Below are positions 1 to 9,409 of a DNA stretch of 64,000 nt, one piece after another. The stretch comes from Aestuariivirga sp. (GTDB taxonomy: Bacteria > Pseudomonadota > Alphaproteobacteria > Rhizobiales > Aestuariivirgaceae): assembly GCF_044238155.1 (NCBI RefSeq), contig NZ_JBIIDX010000001.1, forward strand, positions 3,810 to 67,809, read 5' to 3'. The notes under the pieces were generated by a model. The model was not told the origin of the DNA, made no database searches, and saw only the letters and a program-made list of their open reading frames with translations. A program made the position numbers and the translations under genes. Positions within the stretch are counted from its first letter, which is position 1. The number at the start of each line of letters is the position of its first letter.

Positions 1-222
1 GCCGGCGCGGCTGGCCAGGCTGGGCTCGCGAGGCTTGCGGGGCGCACGCGGCTGGGCGGTGCGCTGCGGCTGAGCCCGTCCCGAAAGATTGAGGCGGTGA
101 ACCTTGCCGATTACCGCATTGCGGGTCACGCCGGCACCGAGCCGCCCAGCGATCTGGCTAGCGCTCAGCCCTTCGGTCCAGAGTTTTTTCAGAAGCTCCA
201 CCCGTTCGTCTGTCCAGGACAA
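1..222 (-). CDS. gcrA: cell-cycle regulator GcrA, N-terminal part (3' end runs off the window)
   Basis: Own translation of the minus strand from TTG at 222-220 gives (M)SWTDERVELLKKLWTEGLSASQIAGRLGAGVTRNAVIGKVHRLNLSGR..., the typical GcrA N-terminal domain. It is absent from the ORF track because no stop lies inside the window. Confidence 0.85.
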   Translation of the reverse strand, partial: MSWTDERVELLKKLWTEGLSASQIAGRLGAGVTRNAVIGKVHRLNLSGRAQPQRTAQPRAPRKPREPSLASRAG

Positions 223-261
223 TTTGCCCCTCCAAGATTGCGTTCCGGCCCTTCGGCAACG

Positions 262-526
262 GAATCGATCACGTATTGCCGGGCGGTGCCCGCACCGGCG
301 CTTTGAAACACCAAACTGACTGTTGGACGCTACATCTCGTAGCCTGTCGCGGGCGACCCTACAATACGCAGTGACTCGCCTGCAACCTTCCCTGGCCAGA
401 ATCGCGATTGTTTTCCCCAGTTTCCGGTTCTGGCCGTTGGTTAACCAATCCTTATCAGCGACCTGAATCCCCGGTCCATGCGCTGTTTTGACTCAGTGTG
501 GACAAGCGTGAATCAATCCGTGAATC
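262..526. promoter_or_regulatory. gcrA/argD divergent intergenic region with a cluster of 7 GANTC (CcrM-type) sites and one CtrA-like box
   Basis: GANTC at 262-266, 373-377, 399-403, 465-469, 490-494, 510-514 and 522-526. TTAACCAATCCTTAT at 441-455 matches TTAA-N7-TTAA with one mismatch. Confidence 0.4.
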
Positions 527-641
527 ATCGTGTTGCAGCCCGCGATTGACCCTGTGCGGGCGTGGTTTTATAAAGTGCAGGCTTCGGGGCGCCCTCCACT
601 TCTGGCGGGCGCCCTTTGATTTCGACAGACAGGGTTCTGCC

Positions 642-1826
642 ATGATCTCTCCCGTGCTCCCCACTTACGCCAGGGCCAAAGTCGCATTCGAGCGTGGCGA
701 GGGTGTGCGTGTCTTCACACCGGATGGCGACAGCTATCTGGATTTTGGTGCGGGCGTTGCCGTGACCAGCTGTGGCCATTCCCATCCGCATCTGGTGCAA
801 GCCCTCACCGAACAGGCGCAGAAGATCTGGCACACATCAAATCTCTACCAGATGCCGGGCCAGGAAAAACTGGCGCAGCGGCTGATTGAGCACAGCTTCG
901 CCGATACGGTGTTCTTCACCAATTCCGGCGCTGAGGCCCTGGAATGCTCCATCAAGATGGCCCGCAAATACCAGTCTGCTGTCGGGCATCCCGAGAAATA
1001 TCGCCTGGTCACCTTCGAAGGCGCATTCCACGGGCGCACGCTGGCCACCATCGCGGCAGGTGGCCAGGCAAAATACCTCGAAGGTTTCGGCCCAAAGGTC
1101 GATGGCTTCGACCAGGTGCCGTTCGGTGATCATGAAGCGCTGAAGGCGGCGATCGGGCCAGCCACGGCGGGCATCCTGATCGAGCCGGTGCAGGGTGAGG
1201 GCGGCATCCGCCCGGTGCCGCCGCAATGCCTGCGCGGCCTGCGCGAACTGTGCGATGCCAACGGGCTGCTGCTCATCTATGACGAGGTGCAGTGTGGCAT
1301 CGGCCGAACCGGCAAGCTCTTCGCCTATGAGTGGTCGGGCGCCGCACCCGACATCATGGCAGTGGCCAAGGGCATCGGCGGTGGCTTTCCCATGGGGGCG
1401 TGCCTCGCCACCGAAAAGGCGGCCCAAGGCATGACCGCGGGAACGCATGGCTCGACCTTCGGCGGCAATCCGCTTGCCACGGCGGTGGGCAATGCTGTGC
1501 TTGACGTGATCCTGGCGCCGGGTTTCCTCGAGGCCGTTCAGCAGCGCGCGCTGACGCTCAAGCAGAAGCTTGCCTCGCTCAAGGACAGGCACCCGGCGGT
1601 CATCGAAGAGGTGCGCGGCCAGGGCCTGATGGTGGGCATCAAGTGCCGGCTGCCCAACACGGCGCTGCAGCAGGCGGCGCTTGACCAGCATCTCCTGGTG
1701 ATCGGCGCGGGCGACAATGTGGTGCGGCTCCTGCCGCCGCTGATCGTCACCGACGCAGACGTCGCCGAGGCCGTCGACAAGCTCGATCGCGCCTGCCTGG
1801 TGCTTGAAGCCAAGCCCGCCGCCTGA
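642..1826 (+). CDS. argD: acetylornithine/succinyldiaminopimelate aminotransferase (class III PLP)
   Basis: ORF 498..1826. I prefer the internal ATG at 642 ([21 protein letters not shown]...). Class III aminotransferase motifs are present ([25 protein letters not shown]). It lies directly upstream of argF. Confidence 0.9.
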   Translation: MISPVLPTYARAKVAFERGEGVRVFTPDGDSYLDFGAGVAVTSCGHSHPHLVQALTEQAQKIWHTSNLYQMPGQEKLAQRLIEHSFADTVFFTNSGAEALECSIKMARKYQSAVGHPEKYRLVTFEGAFHGRTLATIAAGGQAKYLEGFGPKVDGFDQVPFGDHEALKAAIGPATAGILIEPVQGEGGIRPVPPQCLRGLRELCDANGLLLIYDEVQCGIGRTGKLFAYEWSGAAPDIMAVAKGIGGGFPMGACLATEKAAQGMTAGTHGSTFGGNPLATAVGNAVLDVILAPGFLEAVQQRALTLKQKLASLKDRHPAVIEEVRGQGLMVGIKCRLPNTALQQAALDQHLLVIGAGDNVVRLLPPLIVTDADVAEAVDKLDRACLVLEAKPAA

Positions 1827-1836
1827 GGAGTCCAGC

Positions 1837-2766
1837 ATGGCCAGCGTGAAGCACTTTCTCGACATTTCCGATTTTGATGCGGCAACCCTCGAGTCGATCC
1901 TGTTGGCGGCGCGCAGCATGAAGGATCGTCGCAAGGGCCAGCCCAGAGGCCTGCGTGAGGCCGGAGAGCCACTCAAGGGGCGCGTACTGGCGCTGATCTT
2001 CGAGCGGCCCTCGACCCGCACGCGTGTGTCCTTCGAAGTCGCCATGCGTCAGCTCGGCGGCGAAACGCTGGTGCTGACCGCCAATGACATGCAGCTCGGT
2101 CGCGGCGAAACCATCGCCGATACGGCGCGCGTGCTGTCGCGCTATGTGGATGCCATCATGATCCGCGCATCGCGCCACTCCCACCTCACCGAGCTTGCGC
2201 AAGCAGCCAGTGTGCCGGTGATCAACGGCCTTACGGATCTCACCCATCCCTGCCAGGTGATGGCCGACGTCATGACGCTCGAGGAACATGCCGGGCCGCT
2301 GAAGAACCTGACGGTGAGCTGGGTGGGCGATGGAAACAATGTTGCAACCTCATGGATTCACGCGGTGGGCCAGCTGGGCGGCCGGCTGCGCATCGGCGCG
2401 CCCGCGCCGCTGGCCCCGCCCGCCGCGGTGATGGACTGGGCAAGAAAGCGTGGCGCAGACGTGAGCCTCATGACCTCGCCTCAGGAGGCGGTGCGCGATG
2501 CCGATTGCATCATCACCGATGCCTGGGTGTCGATGCATGACACCGACGCCGCGAACCGGCACAATCTGCTGAAGCCGTATCAGGTGAACCGGCAGCTGAT
2601 GGAGCATGCCAGGCCAAATGCGAGGTTCATGCACTGCCTGCCCGCCCATCGCGGCGAGGAAGTGACAGACGAGGTGATGGACGGCCCGGCATCGCTGGTC
2701 TTCGACGAGGCGGAGAACCGCCTGCACATACAGAAGAGCATTCTGCTTCATTGTCTGGGCTCGTGA
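1837..2766 (+). CDS. argF: ornithine carbamoyltransferase
   Basis: ORF 1804..2766 with a preferred ATG at 1837 ([13 protein letters not shown]). Hallmark motifs are [17 protein letters not shown] and [10 protein letters not shown]. Confidence 0.9.
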   Translation: MASVKHFLDISDFDAATLESILLAARSMKDRRKGQPRGLREAGEPLKGRVLALIFERPSTRTRVSFEVAMRQLGGETLVLTANDMQLGRGETIADTARVLSRYVDAIMIRASRHSHLTELAQAASVPVINGLTDLTHPCQVMADVMTLEEHAGPLKNLTVSWVGDGNNVATSWIHAVGQLGGRLRIGAPAPLAPPAAVMDWARKRGADVSLMTSPQEAVRDADCIITDAWVSMHDTDAANRHNLLKPYQVNRQLMEHARPNARFMHCLPAHRGEEVTDEVMDGPASLVFDEAENRLHIQKSILLHCLGS

Positions 2767-3716
2767 TGGCCACTGCAGAAGGCCAGCCCGGCGAAGATCT
2801 CGTCCTGCCTTTCGAGGTGAAGCCGCTGGGCGTGCGGGGCCGGCTGGTGCGGCTTGGCGCTGCCGTTGACGACATCGTGCACCGCCATGCCTATCCGCCG
2901 CCGGTCTCGGCGCTGCTCGCCGAGGCGGTGGCACTCGCTGCGATGCTTGGCGCCATGCTGAAGTTCGATGGCAAGTTCATTCTCCAGACCAAGACCGATG
3001 GCCCGGTTGACATGATCGTTGCCGATTACGTGGCGCCGGGTCGGGTGCGCGGCTATGCCCGGTTTGATGCTGCCCGTGTCGCAGCACTCGAGACGGCCAG
3101 CCAGCAAGCGCTGCTCGGCAATGGCTATCTGGCGATGACGGTTGATCAGGGTCCAGACATGGAGCGCTACCAGGGCATCGTGCCGTTGCAGGCCAGCGAC
3201 CTGACTGCCGCTGCGCATGAGTATTTCGAAAAGTCCGAACAGATTCCCACCAGCATCCGCCTTGCTGCGGGACCGCTCGTGCAGCGTGGCGGGCGTGGCG
3301 AGGCCTGGCGGGCCGGGGCGATCATGGTGCAGCACCTGCCGCGCGAAGGCGGGTCGAGCCCGCTTCCCAGCCATTCCGGTGATGGTCCGGAGGGCAGGGA
3401 GGAGGTGCCGCGCGAGCATGACGACTGGGTGAAGGCTCGCCTGCTGCTTGAAACGGTCGAGGCCCATGAGCTGCTTGACCCGCAACTGACGGCCGAGAGG
3501 CTTCTCTACCGCTTGTTCCACGAGGATGGCGTCACTGCTTATCCGGTTGTTCCGCTGGCTCGGTACTGCAGTTGCTCGGAAGAATCTATCAAGTTGATGT
3601 TAAAGCGTTTTCCTGAAGCTGACCGGGCTGACATGGTCGACAACGGAGAGATTGGGGTTACCTGCGAATTCTGTTCGACCGTGTACCGACTGACGCCCGA
3701 GGACGTTAACCGTTGA
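2766..3716 (+). CDS. hslO: redox-regulated chaperone Hsp33
   Basis: ORF 2751..3716. The ATG at 2766 overlaps the argF stop (TGATG). A C-terminal zinc centre is present (CSCS...CEFC). An upstream TTG at 2751 is also possible. Confidence 0.85.
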   Translation: MATAEGQPGEDLVLPFEVKPLGVRGRLVRLGAAVDDIVHRHAYPPPVSALLAEAVALAAMLGAMLKFDGKFILQTKTDGPVDMIVADYVAPGRVRGYARFDAARVAALETASQQALLGNGYLAMTVDQGPDMERYQGIVPLQASDLTAAAHEYFEKSEQIPTSIRLAAGPLVQRGGRGEAWRAGAIMVQHLPREGGSSPLPSHSGDGPEGREEVPREHDDWVKARLLLETVEAHELLDPQLTAERLLYRLFHEDGVTAYPVVPLARYCSCSEESIKLMLKRFPEADRADMVDNGEIGVTCEFCSTVYRLTPEDVNR

Positions 3717-3985
3717 GGCGTCCGGGCAGTGCGGATGTCGTATTTATGTGCGAATCTGTCCAAATCGTTAGTGGCATTCACCACCCTCGTGTGCGACTGT
3801 CGTTGACGGATCACCATCCCCGTGACAGCCTCACGGACAATACGGTCGAGCAGCCCTCGACGGAAAAGAAAAAAGAGCGGATGCGGCGAAAAAGCTCCGG
3901 ACGGCGGGCCCAGAGGCCCCTCCCATCCTGGCGTCCTTCGTGGTGTTCCGACGGAATTTGAACGGTCAGTGAAGGAGACAGACGT

Positions 3986-5581
3986 ATGACCGAATTTGAA
4001 ATGAAGATGAACGCAGCGCAGAAGGCTGTCGGCCTCGGCAAACTTTCCCGCCGTGACTTCATCCAGTTCGCAATGGCTTCCGGCATGACGCTGGCGGCAG
4101 CGAGCACCCTGTTTGCCAGCGCTGCCCGCGCCCAGCCCAAGGCGGGCGGCGTGTTCAAGGCAGCGGTCGGCCATGGCCAGACGACGGACTCGCTTGATCC
4201 GGCAACCTGGTCCAACGGATTCACCTTCGCCTGGGGCAAGTCGGTCATGGGCGCGCCACTGGTGCAGATCAACCAGAAGAACGAAGTCGTGCCGCATGTG
4301 GCCGAGAGCTTCGAGCCTGCGGATGGCGCCACCAAGTGGATCGTCAAGCTGCGCAAGGGTATCACCTTCCACAATGGCAAGGCGCTGACCGCTGATGACG
4401 TGGTCGCCACCATCAACTATCACATCGGCCCTGACTCCAAGTCGCCGGCCAAGGGCGTTCTGTCGAACGTGACGGCTGTCAAGGCCGATGGCCCAGACAC
4501 CGTGATCTTCGAGCTCAACGGCGGCAATGCCGACTTCCCCTATCTGCTGTCGGACTACCATCTGTCGATGTATCCCTCCGAGGGCGGCAAGATCCAGTGG
4601 GAGAAGGGCATCGGCGCCGGCCCCTATGTGCTCAAGTCGCTCGAGCCGGGCGTCAGGCTCGTTGCCGAGCGCAACCCGAACTACTTCGGAACCACCTGGT
4701 TCGATGGCATCGAGGTTCTCTCGATCATCGACGTTGCCGCGCGCACCAACGCCTATCTCTCGGGCGAGGTGCACTTCATCGACCGCGCCGACCTCAAGAC
4801 AATCGACATGCTGAAGAGCGCGCCGGACACCGAACTCTACAACGTGTCCGGTTTCGCGCATTACACCGCGCCGATCCATTGCGATGCTGCGCCCTTCGAC
4901 AAGGTCGAGGTGCGTCAGGCGCTGAAGTGGGCGATCAACCGCCAGGATCTCGTTGACAAGATCGTGTTTGGCTACGGTTCCCCGGGCAACGACAATCCGC
5001 TGTCACCAGCCCTGAAATATGCGATCCAGCCCGAGCCGGTCTACAGCTATGATCCGGAGAAGGCCAAGTCGCTGCTCAAGAAGGCCGGCATGGAAAACCT
5101 GAAGGTCGATCTCTCGGCCTCTGACGCCGCCTTCCCCGGCGGTGTTGACGCTGCCCTGCTGATGGCGGATCACGCCCGGGCCGCCGGCATCGAGATCAAT
5201 GTCGTGCGTGAGCCCAATGACAGCTATTGGGACAATGTCTGGCTCAAGAAGCCCTGGTCGCTGTGCTACTGGGGCGGCCGTCCGACGGCAGATGCCTTCC
5301 TGTCGATCTCGCTGGCGGCCGACGCCGCCTGGAACGACACGCGCTGGAAGAACCCGCGCTTCAACGAGCTGCTGGTGGCGGCCCGTGCGGAGACGGATGA
5401 GGCCAAGCGTCAGGCGATGTATGCTGAGTGCCAGCAGCTCGTACATGACGACGGCGGTCAGGTCGTGCTGATGTTCAACAACTATGTGGGTGCGCTGTCG
5501 ACCAAGATCGGCCACGACGCCTTCAATTCGGACTTCGACCACGACGGTGGTTTCATGTACGAGCGCTGGTGGATGGCATAA
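3986..5581 (+). CDS. ABC transporter substrate-binding protein, family 5 (Dpp/Opp-like), Tat-type signal
   Basis: 531 aa. AAGGAG lies upstream of the ATG. Twin-arginine leader SRRDFIQFAMASGMTLAAA. Paralogous to the next gene. Confidence 0.85.
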   Translation: MTEFEMKMNAAQKAVGLGKLSRRDFIQFAMASGMTLAAASTLFASAARAQPKAGGVFKAAVGHGQTTDSLDPATWSNGFTFAWGKSVMGAPLVQINQKNEVVPHVAESFEPADGATKWIVKLRKGITFHNGKALTADDVVATINYHIGPDSKSPAKGVLSNVTAVKADGPDTVIFELNGGNADFPYLLSDYHLSMYPSEGGKIQWEKGIGAGPYVLKSLEPGVRLVAERNPNYFGTTWFDGIEVLSIIDVAARTNAYLSGEVHFIDRADLKTIDMLKSAPDTELYNVSGFAHYTAPIHCDAAPFDKVEVRQALKWAINRQDLVDKIVFGYGSPGNDNPLSPALKYAIQPEPVYSYDPEKAKSLLKKAGMENLKVDLSASDAAFPGGVDAALLMADHARAAGIEINVVREPNDSYWDNVWLKKPWSLCYWGGRPTADAFLSISLAADAAWNDTRWKNPRFNELLVAARAETDEAKRQAMYAECQQLVHDDGGQVVLMFNNYVGALSTKIGHDAFNSDFDHDGGFMYERWWMA

Positions 5582-5614
5582 CGACGCCAATCCATTAGGA
5601 AATTTTGTGACAGG

Positions 5615-5648
5615 GGGCTCCGTCAAGCATTGACGGAGCCCTTTTCTC
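5615..5648 (+). terminator. rho-independent terminator/attenuator after the first binding-protein gene
   Basis: Perfect 11-bp stem, gggctccgtca (5615-5625) with tgacggagccc (5631-5641). The loop is 5 nt and is followed by ttttctc. Confidence 0.6.
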
Positions 5649-5793
5649 GTGTGAACCTTGGCGCGGATGGTCAAAACGTCTGCCATCGCCACGAGTTTAT
5701 TTCGAGGGTGGACCAGAGCAGACGACGGCGGGTTCAACCGCTCCAGCCACGGGATGAAAACTGCCGGCCCAGCCGGCATCAGGGAGAGAACCA

Positions 5794-7401
5794 ATGAATG
5801 ACACGCAGGAAAAGCTGACAGCCGCATTGCGCGACGCAGTGCGCGGCCGCATCACCCGCCGCGAGTTCACCCAGCTGGCTCTGGCCTCTGGCGTGAGCCT
5901 CGCCGCCGCCAACAGCATGTTCACCAAGGCCCATGCCGACGAGCCCAAGAAGGGCGGCACGCTGAAGATCGGCGTTGGCCATGGCGCCACGACCGACTCC
6001 ATGGATCCGGGCACCTACCCGGACCAGTTCACCGGCACTGCGCTGTGGGGCACGCTGTCCAACAGCCTGACCGAGATCGACGCAGACGGCAACGTCGTCG
6101 GTGACGTGGCCGAGAGCTTCGAGGCCTCCGACGGCGCCAAGAAGTGGGTGTTCAAGCTGCGCAAGGGCGTGACCTTCCACGATGGCCGCACGGTGACCGC
6201 TGATGACGTGGTGGCCTCCCTCCAGCATCACCGCGGCGAGGATTCGAAGTCGGCTGCCAAGTCGCTTCTGAAGGAAATCGTCACGCTGAAGGCCGATGGT
6301 GCCGATACGGTGGTCTTCGAGTTGTCTGGCGGCAATGCCGACTTCCCCTACACGGTGTCCGACTATCACATGCCTATCATGCCCAAGAAGGATGATGGTT
6401 CAGTGGACTGGGAGTCCGGCAATCGCACCGGCGCCTACAAGCTCGAGAAGTTCGAGCCGGGCGTGAAGGCGAGCTTCACCAAGAACGAGAATTACTACAA
6501 GCCCGGCAAGGGCTGGTTCGACGCGGTCGAGTTCTATTCGATCAAGGACGTGGCGGCGCGTACCAATGCGCTGCTCTCGGGCGAGGTCCACTACATGGAC
6601 CGTTGCGACCTCAAGACCCTCGACATGCTGAAGTCGAATGCGGACATCACCGTCCAGGAGATCACGGGCTACGGCCACTACATCTACGTCATGAACGTGA
6701 CCCAGAAGCCCTTCGACGATGTCAACGTCCGGCTCGCCATCAAGTACTCGATCAACCGTGATGATGTGCTCGAGAAGGTGTTCCTCGGCCATGGCACGGT
6801 GGGCAACGACAATCCGATCGCGCCGACGGTGAAGTTTGCCGTCGATCCGCAGCCGCGCCACAGCTACAACCCGGACAAGGCCAAGGAGCACCTGAAAAAG
6901 GCTGGCCTCGACAGCCTGAAGTTCGATCTCTCGGTAGCTGATGCCGCCTTCTCGGGAGCGGTCGATTCCGCACTTCTCTGGAAGGAGCACGCCAAGGCCT
7001 GCAACATCGACATCAACGTGATCCGCGAGCCGGATGATGGCTACTGGGACAATGTCTGGCTGAAGAAGCCCTTCGTCGCCTCCTACTGGAGCGGCCGCCC
7101 GACCGTGGACTGGATGATGACCACGGCCTACGCGGCTGACGCCGCGTGGAACGACACGTTCTGGAAAAATCCTCGTTTCAACGAGCTTCTCGTGGCCGCG
7201 CGCTCCGAGACGGATGAGGCCAAGCGTGCCGCCATGTATGCCGAGATGCAGCAGATCCTGCATGATGACGGCGGCCTGGTGAACATCCTGTTCAACTCCT
7301 ATGTCGAGGCCCATGCCAAGAATCTGGGCCACAACAAGGTCGCGGCCAACTGGCAGCTCGATGGCATGCGCATTGCCGAGCGCTGGTGGTTCACCTCGTG
7401 A
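5794..7401 (+). CDS. ABC transporter substrate-binding protein, family 5, second paralog, Tat-type signal
   Basis: 535 aa with leader TRREFTQLALASGVSLAAA. Collinear similarity to 3986..5581 along the whole length. Confidence 0.85.
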   Translation: MNDTQEKLTAALRDAVRGRITRREFTQLALASGVSLAAANSMFTKAHADEPKKGGTLKIGVGHGATTDSMDPGTYPDQFTGTALWGTLSNSLTEIDADGNVVGDVAESFEASDGAKKWVFKLRKGVTFHDGRTVTADDVVASLQHHRGEDSKSAAKSLLKEIVTLKADGADTVVFELSGGNADFPYTVSDYHMPIMPKKDDGSVDWESGNRTGAYKLEKFEPGVKASFTKNENYYKPGKGWFDAVEFYSIKDVAARTNALLSGEVHYMDRCDLKTLDMLKSNADITVQEITGYGHYIYVMNVTQKPFDDVNVRLAIKYSINRDDVLEKVFLGHGTVGNDNPIAPTVKFAVDPQPRHSYNPDKAKEHLKKAGLDSLKFDLSVADAAFSGAVDSALLWKEHAKACNIDINVIREPDDGYWDNVWLKKPFVASYWSGRPTVDWMMTTAYAADAAWNDTFWKNPRFNELLVAARSETDEAKRAAMYAEMQQILHDDGGLVNILFNSYVEAHAKNLGHNKVAANWQLDGMRIAERWWFTS

Positions 7402-7421
7402 TCTGACCCGGCACGAAACCG

Positions 7422-7470
7422 CGCCGGGGGCTCTTGTGGCGCGTCAGCGCACCGGCCCCCGGCGTTTTCC
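7422..7470 (+). terminator. GC-rich hairpin plus T-run after the second binding-protein gene
   Basis: cgccggggg (7422-7430) pairs with cccccggcg (7456-7464) and is followed by ttttcc. The 25-nt interior has a further gcgc/gcgc pairing. Confidence 0.45.
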
Positions 7471-7538
7471 TGTAGAAACACGCTGTGGTTTGCCGCCAGG
7501 GACGCGGCAGGCCCGCAAAGAGGCCAACGGGGGGACGC

Positions 7539-8510
7539 ATGCATCCGGTTCTGAGAACCGTCCTGCAGCGCTTGGGGCTGGGGTTGCTGACACTGTTTGC
7601 GGTGTCGGTGGTGATTTTTGCGTCCCTTGAAATGCTTCCCGGCGGCTTTGCCGAGGCGATCCTGGGCCAGGGCGCCACGCCCGAGACGGTTGCCGCCTTC
7701 AACCGTGAGATCGGCCTCGACCGGCCGGCCACCGTGCGTTACGTCGAATGGATCGGAAACATCTTCCGCGGTGATTTCGGCTATTCCTATGCAGGCCTTG
7801 GCGGCTCAATCAAGCGCAGCGTCACCGACCTGATCGCACCAAGGCTCTACAACACCTTTTTCCTCGCCATCATGACGGCGGTCGTCGCCGTGCCGCTGTC
7901 GCTCGTTCTCGGGGTTCTCGCGGCGCTCTACCGCAACAGCTGGTATGACCGGATCGTGAATTCCGTAACGCTCACCACCATCGCCACGCCGGAATTCTTC
8001 ATTGCCTATCTCCTGATGTTCTTCTTCGCCATCAAGAACAAGTGGTTCTATTCGCTCTCCACCGTCTCCGACACCACGGAGTTCGCCGAGCATCTGTTTC
8101 GCGCCGCGCTGCCGGCAGTGACGCTCACCCTTGTCATCGTGGCCCACATGATGCGCATGACCAGGGCCGCGCTCATCAACCTGCTGGCCAGCCCCTACAT
8201 GGAAATGGCGCAGCTGAAGGGCGTGCCGCGCCGCGAGGCGATCGTCAGGCATGCCCTGCCCAACGCCTGGGCGCCAATCGCCACGGTCATCGCTTTCAAT
8301 CTTGCTTATCTGGTGGTGGGTGTGGTCGTGGTCGAGGTCGTCTTCGTCTATCCCGGCATCGGGCAGCTGATGGTCGATTCTGTATCCAGCCGCGACATGC
8401 CGGTGGTGCAGGCCTGTGCGCTGATCTTCGCGGCCACCTATATCCTGCTGAACCTCACCGCTGACATTATCTCGATCATCACCAATCCCCGGCTGCTGCA
8501 CCCGAAATGA
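7539..8510 (+). CDS. ABC transporter permease (DppB/OppB-like)
   Basis: ORF 7485..8510 with a preferred ATG at 7539 (MHPVLRTVLQRLGLGLLTLF). Multi-pass hydrophobic protein located between the binding proteins and the second permease. Confidence 0.85.
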   Translation: MHPVLRTVLQRLGLGLLTLFAVSVVIFASLEMLPGGFAEAILGQGATPETVAAFNREIGLDRPATVRYVEWIGNIFRGDFGYSYAGLGGSIKRSVTDLIAPRLYNTFFLAIMTAVVAVPLSLVLGVLAALYRNSWYDRIVNSVTLTTIATPEFFIAYLLMFFFAIKNKWFYSLSTVSDTTEFAEHLFRAALPAVTLTLVIVAHMMRMTRAALINLLASPYMEMAQLKGVPRREAIVRHALPNAWAPIATVIAFNLAYLVVGVVVVEVVFVYPGIGQLMVDSVSSRDMPVVQACALIFAATYILLNLTADIISIITNPRLLHPK

Positions 8511-9409
8511 CCACGAAAGCCCCAGAACTGCGACAGGTGCGAGCCAGGCGAAGCCTCTGGGAGGATGGACGGCGCACGCTGGCCTCTGCGCCCTTCAGCG
8601 CCTGGTTCGGCATGATCGTCATCCTGATCTACGTGATCGCTGCTGTCTTCGCGCCGTGGATTGCGCCCTATGGCGAGGCGGAAATCGTCGGCAAGGCCTA
8701 TCAACCGGCGGGCGGCGAGTTCTGGCTTGGCACCGACCAGATCGGACGTGACCTGTTTTCCCGCCTGATCTATGGCGCACGCAACACCATCGGCATCGCC
8801 TTCCTCACCACACTCCTGTCTTTCGTGATCGGCGGAACACTGGGCGTGCTCACCGCCCTGAAGCGCGGCTGGCTCGACCAGTCGATATCGCGGGTCGTCG
8901 ATGCCTTCCTGGCCATTCCGGTGCTCATCTTTGCGCTGATGCTGCTGGCCGTCTTCGGAAAGAGCATCCTCAACCTGATCCTCATTCTTGCGTTGCTCGA
9001 CTCGACCCGCGTGTTCCGCCTGGCACGCGCCACCGCGCTCGATGTCGTGGTGATGGATTATGTCGAGGCGGCGAAGCTGCGCGGCGAGCGCATGGGCTGG
9101 ATCATCTTCAGGGAGGTGCTCCCCAACATCCTGCCGCCGATGATCACCGAATTCGGCCTGCGCTTCTGCTTCGTGTTCCTTACCATTTCGGCACTGTCGT
9201 TTCTGGGCGTTGGCATTCAGCCACCCACTGCCGACTGGGGTTCCATGGTGGCCGAGAGCAAGACCCTCATCACCTTTCCGGTGCGCAGCTTTCCGTGGAT
9301 TCCGGCTCCCTTCTATCCGGCCATTGCGATCGCGCTCCTGACGGTCGCCATCAATTTCGTGGTGGACTGGTTCCTCCACAAGACCAGCGGGTTGCGCGAT
9401 GAAGCCTGA
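8507..9409 (+). CDS. ABC transporter permease (DppC/OppC-like)
   Basis: 300 aa. ATGA overlap with the upstream permease. Typical membrane profile. Confidence 0.85.
   Translation: MTTKAPELRQVRARRSLWEDGRRTLASAPFSAWFGMIVILIYVIAAVFAPWIAPYGEAEIVGKAYQPAGGEFWLGTDQIGRDLFSRLIYGARNTIGIAFLTTLLSFVIGGTLGVLTALKRGWLDQSISRVVDAFLAIPVLIFALMLLAVFGKSILNLILILALLDSTRVFRLARATALDVVVMDYVEAAKLRGERMGWIIFREVLPNILPPMITEFGLRFCFVFLTISALSFLGVGIQPPTADWGSMVAESKTLITFPVRSFPWIPAPFYPAIAIALLTVAINFVVDWFLHKTSGLRDEA

Noticed and set aside
498-641. N-terminal extensions given by the ORF track (argD here; similar cases at 1804, 7485, 12453, 22149, 24033, 32075, 35725, 44266, 47141, 58828)
   Set aside because: The extensions are Cys/Arg-rich or overlap the upstream gene. 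In each case an internal ATG reproduces the conserved family N-terminus or a proper signal peptide, so I used the shorter coordinates.
837-2045. 402-aa minus-strand ORF antisense to argD/argF
   Set aside because: This is a shadow ORF typical of >60% GC DNA. It overlaps two genes with unmistakable motifs on the other strand, and its translation is Arg/Gly/His-rich with no recognisable domain.
3539-4879. 446-aa minus-strand ORF antisense to hslO and the first binding-protein gene
   Set aside because: Same high-GC antisense artefact. It spans an intergenic region and two well-supported plus-strand genes.
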